A stretch of 63,064 nucleotides of DNA, the filler included, from an uncultured Synergistales bacterium (GTDB taxonomy: Bacteria > Synergistota > Synergistia > Synergistales > Aminobacteriaceae), in the NCBI GenBank assembly GCA_937897575.1. It is 5 parts of 5 records of this genome, joined end to end, with 100 filler letters (N's around TTAATTAATTAA, not from the genome) between each part and the next. Parts side by side here need not be neighbours in the genome. Positions count along the whole stretch, not along the records: positions 17,217 to 47,231 come from CALCQG010000089.1; 4 more parts are not named here. The stretch is one strand, 5' to 3'. Positions 18,733-29,168 of this stretch are shown here, piece after piece (within the stretch, counting starts at the first letter, position 1; every line of letters starts with the position of its first letter). Below the pieces are notes generated by a model. The model ran no database searches and was not told the DNA's origin. It worked only from the letters and a program-made list of their open reading frames with translations. Position numbers and translations under genes: made by a program.

Positions 18733-20373
18733 CTACCGGACGGCCGACTCGGCCAGGTGCTTCACAAAGCTGCGGAAGAGTTTCGGGAACGTCTTCAGGT
18801 AGAAGTGAAGGTCTATCCGCTCCGAGTTTTTGTGCTCACCCTTTCCGATGGGGCCGAAATTCACGATGGGAATGTCGATCTGCGTGAGCTCCGCCAGAGG
18901 GATGTCATAGCCCCTCCCCCAGAGGGGCATGTTCGCCGCCATGGCGTCCAGGTCGTCGGGGTCGCCCTGAAAGCCCATGAAGCTCAGGTCCATGATCCCC
19001 TGGAAGACCTCCACCTCCGTCAGGGAGAGCCCTTCCCGCTCCACGTCGGCCTTCAGCTTCGCCACCGCGTCGAGGACGTTCCGCTCCCCCGCCGACCGTC
19101 TGGTGTTCACCCGGGGCGGGCAGTAGGGCGGAAGGAAGCCCACGACGATCATTGGCCCCTTCTCCCCCGAACGGTCGAGGAGGAAGGAGACGGCCTCCGT
19201 GCCCCGTTCCCGCTGGTCCAGCGACGAGGGCAAGCCCTTCAGAAAGGCGTCGAAGGCCTCATCGAAGTCGCTCGTCCTCTCCCGTGCCCGCCGCTCCAGC
19301 TCCCCGTAGGTCATCACCCTCGGCTCCACGGGGGTCTCATCGATGGACAGCGCCCCTCTGGACCGCAGGATATCCCGCTGCTCCCTCAGATAGGCGACGG
19401 TCCTGCGGAGGGCCTCGGCGGCCGTCTTCTTCATCTCCTCCAGGACCTGGCCCGGGGTTTTCACGACGGTGAACTGGTTGTAGTAGGCCACCGCCCGCTC
19501 CGGCAGGGTCACTGAATAGTGGCGGACGAGGTCGTGGAACCGGAGGCACACCTGGGGCGGGAACATCTGCCCCCCGAAGGCCTCCGACGTCTCCGCCGCC
19601 CCCTCGAGGAGAAGGGAGAGGTTCGCCACGAGAAGGGACGAGCTCACCCCGTCGTAATACTGCCCCACGTGCGTCTCCTTGCCCACGCAGAAGTAGAAGG
19701 GCAGCATCTTGCCGATGGTCCCGAGGTAGACCGACAGGCCGTCGCTCCCCACGGAGGGCTCTCCGTTGAGGCATACGGCGTAGTCCAGGTTCCACTCCTC
19801 CCTGAGGCGGACCAACCAGGAGACGGCGCTCCGCATGCCGGTGGAGTTGTTCTCCTCGTCGGGGACGGCGAGAAAGAGCACGTTCACCGGGAGGTCCAGG
19901 GACCGGGAGAGGTCGCCGAGAAAGGCCATCTCCGCCGCGACGCCGGCCTTCATGTCCGAGACGCCCCGTCCGAAGAGGGACCGGCCCGCGGCCAGATCCC
20001 TCTTCGCGTCGTCGGGCATCTCAAGCTCCCCGGCACGCCTCGTCAGCTCCTCGGGGGAGAAGGCGAGCGCCTTCAGCGGGCCGTAGGCCTCGGCGTCCAC
20101 CACGTCGAAATGCCCCGTCACGATCACCGTCGACCGTGTCTTCTCCGGCGCGCGGACCAACGCGCACACGGACGTCCTCTTCAGGAAGTCGCCTTCGCAG
20201 GGGAGGTATCGAAGGAGGTCGGGGCGCTCTCTGAAATACCCGAGCTCCGAGAGCTTTCCGTAGATGAACTCCGCCGCCCGGTTCTCTTCGCCCGACCGCG
20301 AGTCCGAGATGCTCGGGATCGCCACGAGGCCGAGCAGCAGCTCATAGAGGTCTCGTTCGTTCGATGCGATCAT
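18733..20373 (-). CDS. M20/M25/M40 metallohydrolase, RocB-like
   Basis: LVAIPS, GHFDVV, FGRGVSDMKAG, VPDEE, NGEP, GKETHVG, GIMDLS, NFGP.GK.EH..SER. Confidence 0.88.
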   Translation of the reverse strand: MIASNERDLYELLLGLVAIPSISDSRSGEENRAAEFIYGKLSELGYFRERPDLLRYLPCEGDFLKRTSVCALVRAPEKTRSTVIVTGHFDVVDAEAYGPLKALAFSPEELTRRAGELEMPDDAKRDLAAGRSLFGRGVSDMKAGVAAEMAFLGDLSRSLDLPVNVLFLAVPDEENNSTGMRSAVSWLVRLREEWNLDYAVCLNGEPSVGSDGLSVYLGTIGKMLPFYFCVGKETHVGQYYDGVSSSLLVANLSLLLEGAAETSEAFGGQMFPPQVCLRFHDLVRHYSVTLPERAVAYYNQFTVVKTPGQVLEEMKKTAAEALRRTVAYLREQRDILRSRGALSIDETPVEPRVMTYGELERRARERTSDFDEAFDAFLKGLPSSLDQRERGTEAVSFLLDRSGEKGPMIVVGFLPPYCPPRVNTRRSAGERNVLDAVAKLKADVEREGLSLTEVEVFQGIMDLSFMGFQGDPDDLDAMAANMPLWGRGYDIPLAELTQIDIPIVNFGPIGKGEHKNSERIDLHFYLKTFPKLFRSFVKHLAESAVR

Positions 20374-20380
20374 GCCAAGC

Positions 20381-22774
20381 TCACGCCTCCCGTCCCCCAT
20401 CGGACGTCGGCTGATCTGGATGATCCGCTTCCGCAGCCGTCCCGCTTCGCGGACCTTTCTGCGATGCGGAAGCGTTCCGTTCGATGACGTGGTCGAAGTA
20501 CACCCGCACTTGAGGGAAGGGGATCCTGATGCTGTTCTCCTCAAAAAGCGCCACGATCCGGTACCGAAGGTCGCTTGCCACCCTGAAAGTGTTTGAATTG
20601 GACATATCGAGCCAGTAGTAGAGCGAAAATTCAAGTGAATTCTGCCCGAAATCTCTGAAGAAGACGAAGGGATCCGGGCTCTTCAGGACCTTCGTGTGGT
20701 CGTGGGCCGCCAGGAGCAGAAGACGCTCCACCTCTCTGACGTTGGAGTCGTAGGCGACGCCCACGTCGATTTTGTAGCGGAGCCTCTGATCCTGGAGCGT
20801 CCAGTTCGTTATCCGGTTTCCCAAGAAGTAGCTGTTCGGAATGAGGACGTCCATGTTGTCGAAGGTCCTCAGCCTGGTGGACCGCGATCCGACCTCCTCG
20901 ACGACGGCCGTGACGCCGTCGGCCTCGACGATGTCGCCGGCCCGGATGGGCTTCGTGAAGGTGATGATGAACCCGCTGATGAGGTTGCTGAAGATGTTCT
21001 GCGCGCCGAAACCGATGCCGATGGCCAGGGCGCCGCCGAGGAAGGCGAAGGCCGTCAGCGGTATCCCGACGAGATCCAGGGCCGAAAGCAGGAAGGCGAA
21101 CATGAGCACGTAGAAGAGAACCTTCTGGACGGCCGCTGCCGCCTGGGAATCCATGCCGAAGCGGACGAAGAGCCTCTTTGCCAGGAAGTTCGTGACGCGG
21201 CCGCTCAGGAAGAAGGCGCCGATGAAGAGGAAGATGGCCAGGGTCAGCTTCGCTATGGTGACGTCGAAATCATCGCCGGACCAGAGGGTGGTGTTCCAGA
21301 AGGCAAAGAACTTCTCCTTCCCGACGCTGGACACCTTTTCGGCGATGCGAACGGCGTCGAGTTTTCCGCTGAGCTCCTCGTGCAGCCGCCCGTACTGGTT
21401 GAAGAGGTTCAGGGTCTCTGCGATGGCGCCGTTGATCGTCTCGGACTGCTTGTTGAGCGTGGTGATCCTGTTCCGGATGAGCGTTCTGAGCCCCGCGTCC
21501 TTTTCGGCGGCGTCGAGATCCTTTCTGCCGGCGACCACCTCCGTCTGGATGGACGCGAGATTCCGCTGCTGGATCTGGAAGGAGCTCTCCAGAGACTCCA
21601 TGCGGGACGTGGTGGCGGACCGGGTGTTCCACATCTTCTCCCCGTCGATGGAGCCGTTGATCAGCTCATACCGGAGTTCCCATATCCTCTTCGTCTCCTC
21701 GAGAAAGAGGAGCGACTGCTCTCCGCTCTCGATGACGATCTCGCTGAGGCGAACCAGGGCCTCCTTGTCGGCGATGGTGGCCTGGTTGATGACCCGCTCG
21801 TGCTCGCTCTTCGCCGAGGCGGGGGTATTTTGGCTCCTGGCGAGGCTCGTCCTGCGTTTCTCGTACTCCACCCTGGCCGCCGCCAGCTCTTTTTGGACCG
21901 CCGCCGCCCGTTCGTTCGCCGCGCGAAGATGCTGCTCCAGGTCCTCCTTGTCGAAGCGGAGGTTTTTCTTCACCGTCTTGAGCGCCTCCACATAGGCGGC
22001 CGTTCTCTTCTCCAGAACCCCCTTGCGGAGCCCATTGGCCTGTTCGGCAAGCTGATACAGCTCATGGGTGATCTTCGCGTTTTCGAGGGCCGCCTCGGCG
22101 TCACGGATCTCAAGGGACCGGAGCGCCATGGCCTCGTCGGAGAGCTGTCCCGTATCGGCCTTGAGCTGGGAGAGGCGTTTCTCCGCGTCGGGGATGCCGC
22201 CCTGGACGATCGTGCCCGTGCCTCCCACCAGCCGGATCGACGCGAGCACGGACTGAAGCTGCTGGTTCAGGCCCTCGTACTCGTTCCGTATCTTCTCGTA
22301 AAAGGAGAGGTTGTAGGGGGGATTGGCGTCGCCGAGGACGGGTTGGTCCTTCTGGCTCTCGTACTCCGCCGTCTCGTCCTTCGCCTTCTGAAGGCCCTCC
22401 AGGGCCGAGGGGTACCGCACGTAGGAGGAATGAAGCGCCCCGAGGGTCGTCAGGAGGCGCTGCAGCCCGTCGGCGGTCAGATCACCGCTGGCGACGCTGT
22501 CGGCGCGGGCGGTATACTGGTCGATCTCCGCCTGGACGGCCGTCGCCCGCTCTTTGGCCTGTTCGGCCGTCAGGGAGGGCTGAAAGGACGATTTGGCCGC
22601 CTCGGGCGTCGCGGCCGTCTCGCCCTGGGACGCGGCAGGGGCGTTGGACGCCGGTTCCGTGGTCTGCGCGCCGGCCGCCAGGGCAAACAACAGGAGCAAG
22701 AGCCCGGCAAGAAGGAGCCGAAGGCCCCGTCGCGATGGACATGCCGCGCCTGGTCCGAACGTCGCCCTCCTCAC
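20381..22774 (-). CDS. MscS-family mechanosensitive channel with large periplasmic coiled-coil domain
   Basis: Signal peptide, helical region, GALAIGIGFGAQNIFSNLISG, IPNS, VGVAYDS, IPFPQ. Confidence 0.92.
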   Translation of the reverse strand: MRRATFGPGAACPSRRGLRLLLAGLLLLLFALAAGAQTTEPASNAPAASQGETAATPEAAKSSFQPSLTAEQAKERATAVQAEIDQYTARADSVASGDLTADGLQRLLTTLGALHSSYVRYPSALEGLQKAKDETAEYESQKDQPVLGDANPPYNLSFYEKIRNEYEGLNQQLQSVLASIRLVGGTGTIVQGGIPDAEKRLSQLKADTGQLSDEAMALRSLEIRDAEAALENAKITHELYQLAEQANGLRKGVLEKRTAAYVEALKTVKKNLRFDKEDLEQHLRAANERAAAVQKELAAARVEYEKRRTSLARSQNTPASAKSEHERVINQATIADKEALVRLSEIVIESGEQSLLFLEETKRIWELRYELINGSIDGEKMWNTRSATTSRMESLESSFQIQQRNLASIQTEVVAGRKDLDAAEKDAGLRTLIRNRITTLNKQSETINGAIAETLNLFNQYGRLHEELSGKLDAVRIAEKVSSVGKEKFFAFWNTTLWSGDDFDVTIAKLTLAIFLFIGAFFLSGRVTNFLAKRLFVRFGMDSQAAAAVQKVLFYVLMFAFLLSALDLVGIPLTAFAFLGGALAIGIGFGAQNIFSNLISGFIITFTKPIRAGDIVEADGVTAVVEEVGSRSTRLRTFDNMDVLIPNSYFLGNRITNWTLQDQRLRYKIDVGVAYDSNVREVERLLLLAAHDHTKVLKSPDPFVFFRDFGQNSLEFSLYYWLDMSNSNTFRVASDLRYRIVALFEENSIRIPFPQVRVYFDHVIERNASASQKGPRSGTAAEADHPDQPTSDGGREA

Positions 22775-22841
22775 TCCGATCCTCCTTCGTAGCTTGCAGG
22801 ATGGGGCCGGACCGGCACCCCGTCCGTCACTCCGGAGACGC

Positions 22842-23915
22842 TCATTCCGGGAAAAACGTCCGGACGATGTCCTCGACGTGCTCCTTTTTCGTGATCCTCG
22901 TGACGTTTGATCCGCAGAAGAAAAGCCCCTCCTCCCAATTTCCGTGGTAGGCGTCGATGAGCGCCTGGGCGATGCAGAAGGTCTCCTTCTCGTTGCGGTA
23001 GCGGCAGTGGGTGAGGCAGTTGGCGATGCAGGGCTTGGACTCCACGTGCCCTTCGATGTACTGCTTGATGAAGGGGGATTTCAACGCCCGTCCGGGTAGG
23101 CCGGCAGGGCTCTGGATGATCACCACGTCGTCCTCCGTCGCGTCGATGTAGGCCTGCTTGAACCGTTCGGCGGCGTCCCCCTCGTAGGTGCAGGCGAACC
23201 GGGTTCCGACCTGGACGCCCTTCGCCCCCAAGGCGAAGGCGCGGAGCATGTCCTCCCTGTCCCATATCCCCCCCGCCGCGATGACGGGCACGTCGGGGCC
23301 GAGTTCCCTCGCGACGTACTCCGCCAGCACTGGGACGACGGCCTCCAGGGAGAAGACGTCATCGTCCACCTGCTCCATCTTCGTCACGCCGAGATGTCCT
23401 CCGGCGTACTTCGGCGTCTCCATGACAAAACCGTCGGGCACCCGGCCGTAGGTCTTCTGCCATCGTCTCGTGATGAGCTCGGCCGCCTTGACGGAGCTCA
23501 CGATCGGGACGAGGGCCACGTCGGGGAAGTCCTTCGTGTACTCCGGAAGGCGGAGAGGCAACCCCGCCCCCGAGATGATCACGTCCACCCCGCCTTCGCA
23601 TGCGGCGTGGATGTGGCGATCGTAGTCCGTGAGGGCGACCATGCAGTTCACGGCGATGACGCCGCCGTGGCCTGCGATCTCCCTTGCCTTCATGATGCCG
23701 TCCTTTACGGCCGTCTGATTGGCCTCGAAGTAGTTCTTGCCGTTATAGGCCGGGTGGTTGCAGGCCAATCCGACACTGGCGATCGTACCCACGATCCCGC
23801 ACCGGGCCGCCGCCCCCGCGAGAAGGGGCCCTGAAATCGAAACGCCCATCCCCCCCTGAATGAGCGGATATCGAGGCTGATGCTTCCCTATCTTCAAAAC
23901 TGGCAATTCGTTCAC
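22842..23915 (-). CDS. Nitronate monooxygenase / FabK-like flavin oxidoreductase
   Basis: PLIQGGMGV, ISGAGLP, AGGHLG, IAAGGI, GVQVGTRF; GTG start. Confidence 0.88.
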   Translation of the reverse strand: MNELPVLKIGKHQPRYPLIQGGMGVSISGPLLAGAAARCGIVGTIASVGLACNHPAYNGKNYFEANQTAVKDGIMKAREIAGHGGVIAVNCMVALTDYDRHIHAACEGGVDVIISGAGLPLRLPEYTKDFPDVALVPIVSSVKAAELITRRWQKTYGRVPDGFVMETPKYAGGHLGVTKMEQVDDDVFSLEAVVPVLAEYVARELGPDVPVIAAGGIWDREDMLRAFALGAKGVQVGTRFACTYEGDAAERFKQAYIDATEDDVVIIQSPAGLPGRALKSPFIKQYIEGHVESKPCIANCLTHCRYRNEKETFCIAQALIDAYHGNWEEGLFFCGSNVTRITKKEHVEDIVRTFFPE

Positions 23916-24143
23916 GTGGCTCTCTCCCCCGCGCGTATTTGCCGACCGTTGACAGCCAGCATCCATGTGATGTGCTGAGGAAATCCGGCACCGCCATATT
24001 TTATCCCATCCCACCGCTCGGGGCAAGTAAAATTTCGGACAAGGACGACAAAGGACCGCCGCGACCGTACTCACGATATGGGACGGAGACCGCTCTTCAG
24101 CGGTCTCCGCACTTTCTGCCTCCGGGCTTTCTGCCTTCCGCCC

Positions 24144-24362
24144 CTATTTCGTCAGGATGACGCAGTACCCCCCATCCCGTTCCGCCTTCTCCACGGTCCA
24201 CCCCCGGCTTTGGCCGAAACGGGCGACGTTCTCCCGGGAGGTCACCGTATCCACCAGGACCTCCACCCTTCCGCCCTTCGCTCCCTCGAGCGCCCTCCTG
24301 GTCTCCATGACCGGCTGAGGACAGGACAACCCCCTCGCATCCACGCGCACCGTATCCGTCAT
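24144..24362 (-). CDS. TusA/SirA-family sulfur/selenium transferase
   Basis: VDARGLSCPQPV motif. Confidence 0.9.
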   Translation of the reverse strand: MTDTVRVDARGLSCPQPVMETRRALEGAKGGRVEVLVDTVTSRENVARFGQSRGWTVEKAERDGGYCVILTK

Positions 24363-24374
24363 GAGATATTCCTC

Positions 24375-25466
24375 CTAGTCCATTCGTATGCGGAACAGCC
24401 CCCCGACGGCCAGACAGAACAGAAGGCCGATCACCGTGGCGACCATCCCGAAGGAGGTGACCCCGGCGCCGGAGGACGCAAGAGAGAAGTTATGGGCGAA
24501 GGCCGCCCCGATCAGCATTCCGAGGACGAATATGCCGGCGTCGCCGTCCCCCTCGCCCGACATGATGACCTGCCGTCCGGGGCACCCGCCCGCCAGGGTG
24601 AAGGCGAGGCCCGAGAGGACCATCCCGGTGAAGTTCCAGACCTGATTCGTGTGGGCGATGGGCTGCCCTTCGAACCCGGGCTTGAACTGACCGAGGAGGA
24701 GGTTTGTCACGATGGCCGCCAGGATGAACGTGACAACGCCGCTGAAGAGGTGTCCGTCCCGGAGCATGACCACATCGCGGATCGCCCCCACGGTGCAGAA
24801 ACGGCTCTTCTGTCCCATCCACCCGATGAGCAGGCCTGCGCCCAGGGAGATCAGCGCCGGCGCGGCGGCCGCTCCGGGTCCCTTCTCCGAGAAGAAGACG
24901 GGGCCCGCCCCCTCGGGACCAAAGAGCGGACGCATGAAGAGCAGGAGCAGCAGCGATACGGCCGCGAGGGGCATGATGGCGCCGGCCCACTTCGGGGAGG
25001 CGCTTGCCCGGCCGAGGCTGAAGCCGCGCCACAGAAAGACGATGCCGATTCCTATGCCGACGATGAGCCCTCCGATCCCGGCGAGGGCGTTCCAGTCGCC
25101 CCCGGCGAGGCGGGCATAGGCCCGCCACGGGCAGCCGAGAAAGATCAGCGCCCCGATCATGGCGAAAAAACCGAGGAAGAAGCGCACCACAGGGGATGAA
25201 CCGCTTCGCGGACGGTACTCCGCGGCGAGCAGGGCGGCCAGCAGCGCGCCGAGCACGAAGCCGGGGATCTCGGGCCGAAGATACTGCACCACGGCCGCCC
25301 TGTGCAGCCCCAGGGCCCCGGCGATGTCCCTGGTGAAGCATGCCACGCAGATGCCCATATTCCCCGGATTGCCCCAGGAGACCAGCAGAGACGCCGCCGT
25401 CCCGACGACGGCGCCCGTCACGGCCGGCCCATACCGTGACAGGAGAAGATCGTTGACGCTTTTCAT
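24375..25466 (-). CDS. yedE: YedE-family putative selenium transporter
   Basis: GNPGNMGICVACF.RDIAGALGLH, LGCP.R, SRFC..G, GGCPGRQ. Confidence 0.88.
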   Translation of the reverse strand: MKSVNDLLLSRYGPAVTGAVVGTAASLLVSWGNPGNMGICVACFTRDIAGALGLHRAAVVQYLRPEIPGFVLGALLAALLAAEYRPRSGSSPVVRFFLGFFAMIGALIFLGCPWRAYARLAGGDWNALAGIGGLIVGIGIGIVFLWRGFSLGRASASPKWAGAIMPLAAVSLLLLLFMRPLFGPEGAGPVFFSEKGPGAAAAPALISLGAGLLIGWMGQKSRFCTVGAIRDVVMLRDGHLFSGVVTFILAAIVTNLLLGQFKPGFEGQPIAHTNQVWNFTGMVLSGLAFTLAGGCPGRQVIMSGEGDGDAGIFVLGMLIGAAFAHNFSLASSGAGVTSFGMVATVIGLLFCLAVGGLFRIRMD

Positions 25467-25566
25467 GACTCAGCCACCCCTCCGTTACAGGATATTTTGG
25501 AATAAAAGGTATTCCATAAACATCGAGATTATACAGAAGGTGGCCCGGGAGTTCAAGAAGGTCCGG

Positions 25567-26328
25567 TCACTCCTCCGAGGCCATGCGATCCTCGACGCTC
25601 CTCCACAGCTTTTCCGTCTCTGCCCCCCGCCCCAGGCGGGCCTCCACCCATTGGAGCCAGCCGCTCCCCTTCAGCAGACAGAAGGAGGGGCCGTAGTTCA
25701 GGTCCAGGACCCAGGACAGCTGAAGCAGAAGAAAGTCCTGCAGAGTCCGGACATTGCGATAGGAGCCGCGGCCGTCGGTGCTGAACTCCCGAAGGAGCTC
25801 CGGCGAATGGCCCCCGTCGGGGGTGATCTTCGGCAGCAGGTCGTTTATCCTGCCCTCCTCGGCGTAGCGACGGACCAGGTTCAGCACGTCCATCTTGTCG
25901 CTGTCGCGGACAAGCCTCGCCAGGCGGAGCGTCCGTTCGTCGCCCTCCGTCGGCAGCTCCCTCCTGTTGTGCAGACGCACCGCTCCGAGGATCGCCTCCC
26001 GAAGGCCGGCGTCGCCCCCGCGCCACGGGAAGGATACCGCCAGGACGTCGGCCCCCAGCCGCCCGTGGTCCACCGACGAGCCGTCGTAGTACGTCCCGTA
26101 GGTCGCGAATTGGGGAAAACGCCCCGTATCGTGCAGCAGGGACGCCGCCAGGGCGCCGTCCGAGAGCTCCTCGTCCCAGCCGAGCGCCCCGACGATCCGC
26201 TCCGCATTGGCCAGCACGCGCCAGCTGTGCGTCCGTTTCATCTCCACAAGAGGGTGGAGGCGGCCGCTGTCGTCTCGGAAGGTATCGATATAGTCCGCCA
26301 ACCATAGCTCCGAACGATGTCTCATCAT
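25567..26328 (-). CDS. HD domain-containing phosphohydrolase
   Basis: KRTHS.RV, LLHDTGRF.Q, DHG, VRLHN, VRDSDK.D. Confidence 0.88.
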   Translation of the reverse strand: MMRHRSELWLADYIDTFRDDSGRLHPLVEMKRTHSWRVLANAERIVGALGWDEELSDGALAASLLHDTGRFPQFATYGTYYDGSSVDHGRLGADVLAVSFPWRGGDAGLREAILGAVRLHNRRELPTEGDERTLRLARLVRDSDKMDVLNLVRRYAEEGRINDLLPKITPDGGHSPELLREFSTDGRGSYRNVRTLQDFLLLQLSWVLDLNYGPSFCLLKGSGWLQWVEARLGRGAETEKLWRSVEDRMASEE

Positions 26329-26554
26329 AAGCGTCGTCTCTCTCCTTTCGCGCCGTCGCCCCTTTCCCAGTCCGTTCCGCTCCCGGGGAGGCCAACGGAT
26401 TTGCGATCCGCACGTCGATACGCGCTCGTCGTGGAAGGCGGCGGCGCGTGGGTGTCCGCTTTGAGGTTCGTGCACGGGGCGGCGGTCCACCCACTTCGTG
26501 TATAATAACAGGAACGGTATGCAAAAACATTTTGTGAAGAGAGGTGTTCGGAGT

Positions 26555-27619
26555 ATGAAGAGTATGAGAAGAATGATCTCCTCCACCGCGCTCCTTCTCG
26601 GCGTCCTGGCGCTGCTCGCGACGGCCCTTCCCGCTGCCGCATGGAGCGGGAACCTCCGTTGGACGTACAACGCGGGCGTCAGCCTGTCCGGCTCTCCCCT
26701 GGTGGTCGGCAACACGGTGCTTATCGGCGACATCGACGGCAGACTGCACGCCGTGGACAAAAACACGGGGCAGGCGCTGTGGTCCTTCCCCACGGGAACG
26801 ACGATCAACGGTGCTCCCGCGGTCCTGGGCGACAGGGTCTACATCGGCGGGGCCGACGGAACGCTCTTCGCCGTGAACCTGAAAACCGGCACCCAGGCCT
26901 GGAAGTACAAGGATCCGAAGGTCTACAACACGCCCCAGGCCATATGGTCCTCTCCCGCCGCGGGCGACGGGCGCGTGTACTTCAACAGCGCGTCGGGCAC
27001 GGTGTACGCCGTGAACGCGGCGAACGGACGACAGGTCTGGACCTTCGACACGGGCTTCGAGCTCCGCTCGGCGCCGACCTATGACAACGGCGTCGTCTTC
27101 GTCGGGACCTACCGGGGGCGCTTCCACGCGCTCAACGCGAAGACGGGCAAGAGGCTGTGGGGCGGCGGCAGCGGAGGCCCGATCGGCGCGGCGGCGAAGG
27201 TATCCGATGGAGTCGTCTACTTCGGGAGCTGGGACGGGAACATGCAGGCCGTCCGGATCCGGGGCGTCGTCCCCCAGTGGCGGCACAACGCCGGCGAATC
27301 CATCACCACCTCCATGACCGTCGAAGGAGGCCGGGTGTACTTCGGCACGATCAACGGCAAGGTCGTCGCGCTGAACAAGAGTTCGGGGCAGGTCGCCTGG
27401 GAGTTCCCCGTTGACGGCGGCGTCCACTCCACCCCTGTCGTCTCGGGCGGCATGGTCGTCTTCGGAAGCGACAAGGGAGTCGTGTACGCTCTGGACGGGG
27501 CGACGGGCAACAAGCGCTGGGAGTTCGCCACGGGCCGCGAAATTCTCTCCGACCCCGCGGTCTCCGGCGGAGTGGTCTACGTCGGGAGCTACGACGGGAA
27601 CCTCTACGCCTTCCAGTAG
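26555..27619 (+). CDS. Secreted PQQ-like beta-propeller protein (BamB-like repeats)
   Basis: Signal peptide plus eight SPxV..G.VY.G..DG.L.A....TG...W repeats. Confidence 0.9.
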   Translation: MKSMRRMISSTALLLGVLALLATALPAAAWSGNLRWTYNAGVSLSGSPLVVGNTVLIGDIDGRLHAVDKNTGQALWSFPTGTTINGAPAVLGDRVYIGGADGTLFAVNLKTGTQAWKYKDPKVYNTPQAIWSSPAAGDGRVYFNSASGTVYAVNAANGRQVWTFDTGFELRSAPTYDNGVVFVGTYRGRFHALNAKTGKRLWGGGSGGPIGAAAKVSDGVVYFGSWDGNMQAVRIRGVVPQWRHNAGESITTSMTVEGGRVYFGTINGKVVALNKSSGQVAWEFPVDGGVHSTPVVSGGMVVFGSDKGVVYALDGATGNKRWEFATGREILSDPAVSGGVVYVGSYDGNLYAFQ

Positions 27620-27645
27620 ACGCACGGCAAAACACCGGAAAGACG

Positions 27646-27675
27646 AAGGGGGAGGCCGTCGGCCTCCCCCTTTTT
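27646..27675. terminator. Terminator between convergent genes
   Basis: AAGGGGGAGGCC-gtc-GGCCTCCCCCTTTTT. Confidence 0.75.
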
Positions 27676-27683
27676 GCGACCCC

Positions 27684-28880
27684 TTACTGTCCCGACAGCA
27701 GAGCGGCCCGGTCCGTCCGCTCCCAGGCAGGGAGGGGGTCCAGGTCGATCCGTCCCATGTGCCCGTAGGCCGCGAGGCGCTTGTACTGGGGGCGCCTCAG
27801 GTCGAGGTCCCGGATGATGGCGGCGGGCCGGAAGTCGAAGTGCGCGCGGATGCGTCTCGTGATCTCCGCGTCGGTGATCCCCTTCGCCGTCCCGAAGGTG
27901 TCCACCATGATGGAGACGGGCTGGGCCACGCCGATGGCGTAGGCCACCTGAATCTGGCAGCGGTCGGCCAGACCGGCGGCCACCACGTTCTTCGCCGCGT
28001 ACCGCGCCATGTAGGCCGCCGAGCGGTCCACCTTCGTCGGGTCCTTCCCCGAGAAGGCCCCGCCGCCGTGGGCCACGATACCGCCGTAGGTGTCCACTAT
28101 GATCTTGCGTCCCGTGAGGCCCGTGTCCGCCATGGGGCCGCCCTTCACGAACCGCCCCGTGGGGTTCACGAAGATCCGCGTCCCGGGGTCCATAAGGGTC
28201 GCGGGGACCACGGGGGTGATCACGTGCCGGAGGATGTCCGATCGGATATCCTCCGCCCTGGCCTCGGGGTGGTGCTGGGCCGACACGACGATGGTGTCCG
28301 CCCGGAGCGGTCGGCCGTCCTCGTACTCCAGGGTCACCTGGGTCTTCCCGTCCGGCCGGAGGTAGGGGATCGTCCCGTCCTTCCGGACCTGGGACAGCCT
28401 CCTGGCCAGCCGATGGGCGAGGGAGATCGTCATGGGCATGTACTCCTCCGTCTCGTTGCAGGCGTACCCGATCATCATGCCCTGGTCGCCGGCCCCGACC
28501 TGGGCGATCTCCTCCTCCGGGACGAGATGTTCCCGAACCTCGAGGGGGTTGTCCACGCCCACGGCGATATTCTCCGACTGTTCGTCGATGGCCGTGAGCA
28601 CGGCGCAGGTCTCGCTGTCGAAGCCGTACTTCGCCCTGGTGTACCCTATGCTCTGCACGATCTCCCGGGCTATCCTCGGGATGTCCACGTAGGTCTTCGT
28701 GCTGATCTCGCCCGACACGAAGACCATGCCCGTCGTGCACAGGACCTCGCAGGCCACGCGCCCCATGGGATCGTCGGCGAGGATCGCGTCCAGAACGCCG
28801 TCGGAGATCTGATCGGCCACCTTGTCCGGGTGGCCCTCCGTAACGGACTCGGAGGAAAAAAGATACCGTTCGTTCGTCAC
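27684..28880 (-). CDS. metK: S-adenosylmethionine synthetase
   Basis: [52 protein letters not shown]. Confidence 0.98.
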   Translation of the reverse strand: MTNERYLFSSESVTEGHPDKVADQISDGVLDAILADDPMGRVACEVLCTTGMVFVSGEISTKTYVDIPRIAREIVQSIGYTRAKYGFDSETCAVLTAIDEQSENIAVGVDNPLEVREHLVPEEEIAQVGAGDQGMMIGYACNETEEYMPMTISLAHRLARRLSQVRKDGTIPYLRPDGKTQVTLEYEDGRPLRADTIVVSAQHHPEARAEDIRSDILRHVITPVVPATLMDPGTRIFVNPTGRFVKGGPMADTGLTGRKIIVDTYGGIVAHGGGAFSGKDPTKVDRSAAYMARYAAKNVVAAGLADRCQIQVAYAIGVAQPVSIMVDTFGTAKGITDAEITRRIRAHFDFRPAAIIRDLDLRRPQYKRLAAYGHMGRIDLDPLPAWERTDRAALLSGQ

Positions 28881-28916
28881 TTGTCCTTCCCCCTCGATGT
28901 GGATTCTTCGGAACAC

Positions 28917-28946
28917 AAAAAAAGGCCCCTCGCAAGAAGGGCCTTT
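28917..28946 (-). terminator. Riboswitch expression-platform terminator
   Basis: AAAGGCCCTTC...GAGGGGCCTTTTTTT on the minus strand, between riboswitch and metK. Confidence 0.8.
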
Positions 28947-28966
28947 GAGTCACCGTCAAACGCTCC

Positions 28967-29076
28967 CTCTTATCGCTCAGCCATATGGCTATGGCTGCAG
29001 GTGTTGGCACCATACACCCTTTCGGGCAGGTTGCCGGGCTTCATCGGGCCAGTCCCTCCGCCGCTCGTGATAAGAG
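28967..29076 (-). ncRNA. SAM-I (S-box) riboswitch
   Basis: Minus strand CTCTTATC-ACGAG..GGAGGGACTGGCCCGATGAAGCCCGGCAACC...GGTGCCAA..CCTGCAG...GATAAGAG upstream of metK. Confidence 0.96.
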
Positions 29077-29112
29077 ATTCAATTGTCAGTGGTGCATCAA
29101 AACCGAAGAAGA

Positions 29113-29140
29113 ATTATACGACACTTGCGCAGGATGTCAA
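29113..29140 (-). promoter_or_regulatory. sigma70 promoter of metK leader
   Basis: TTGACA-16 nt-TATAAT. Confidence 0.8.
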
Positions 29141-29168
29141 TCCCTCCGGCATCGTCGGGGCAAGCTCC

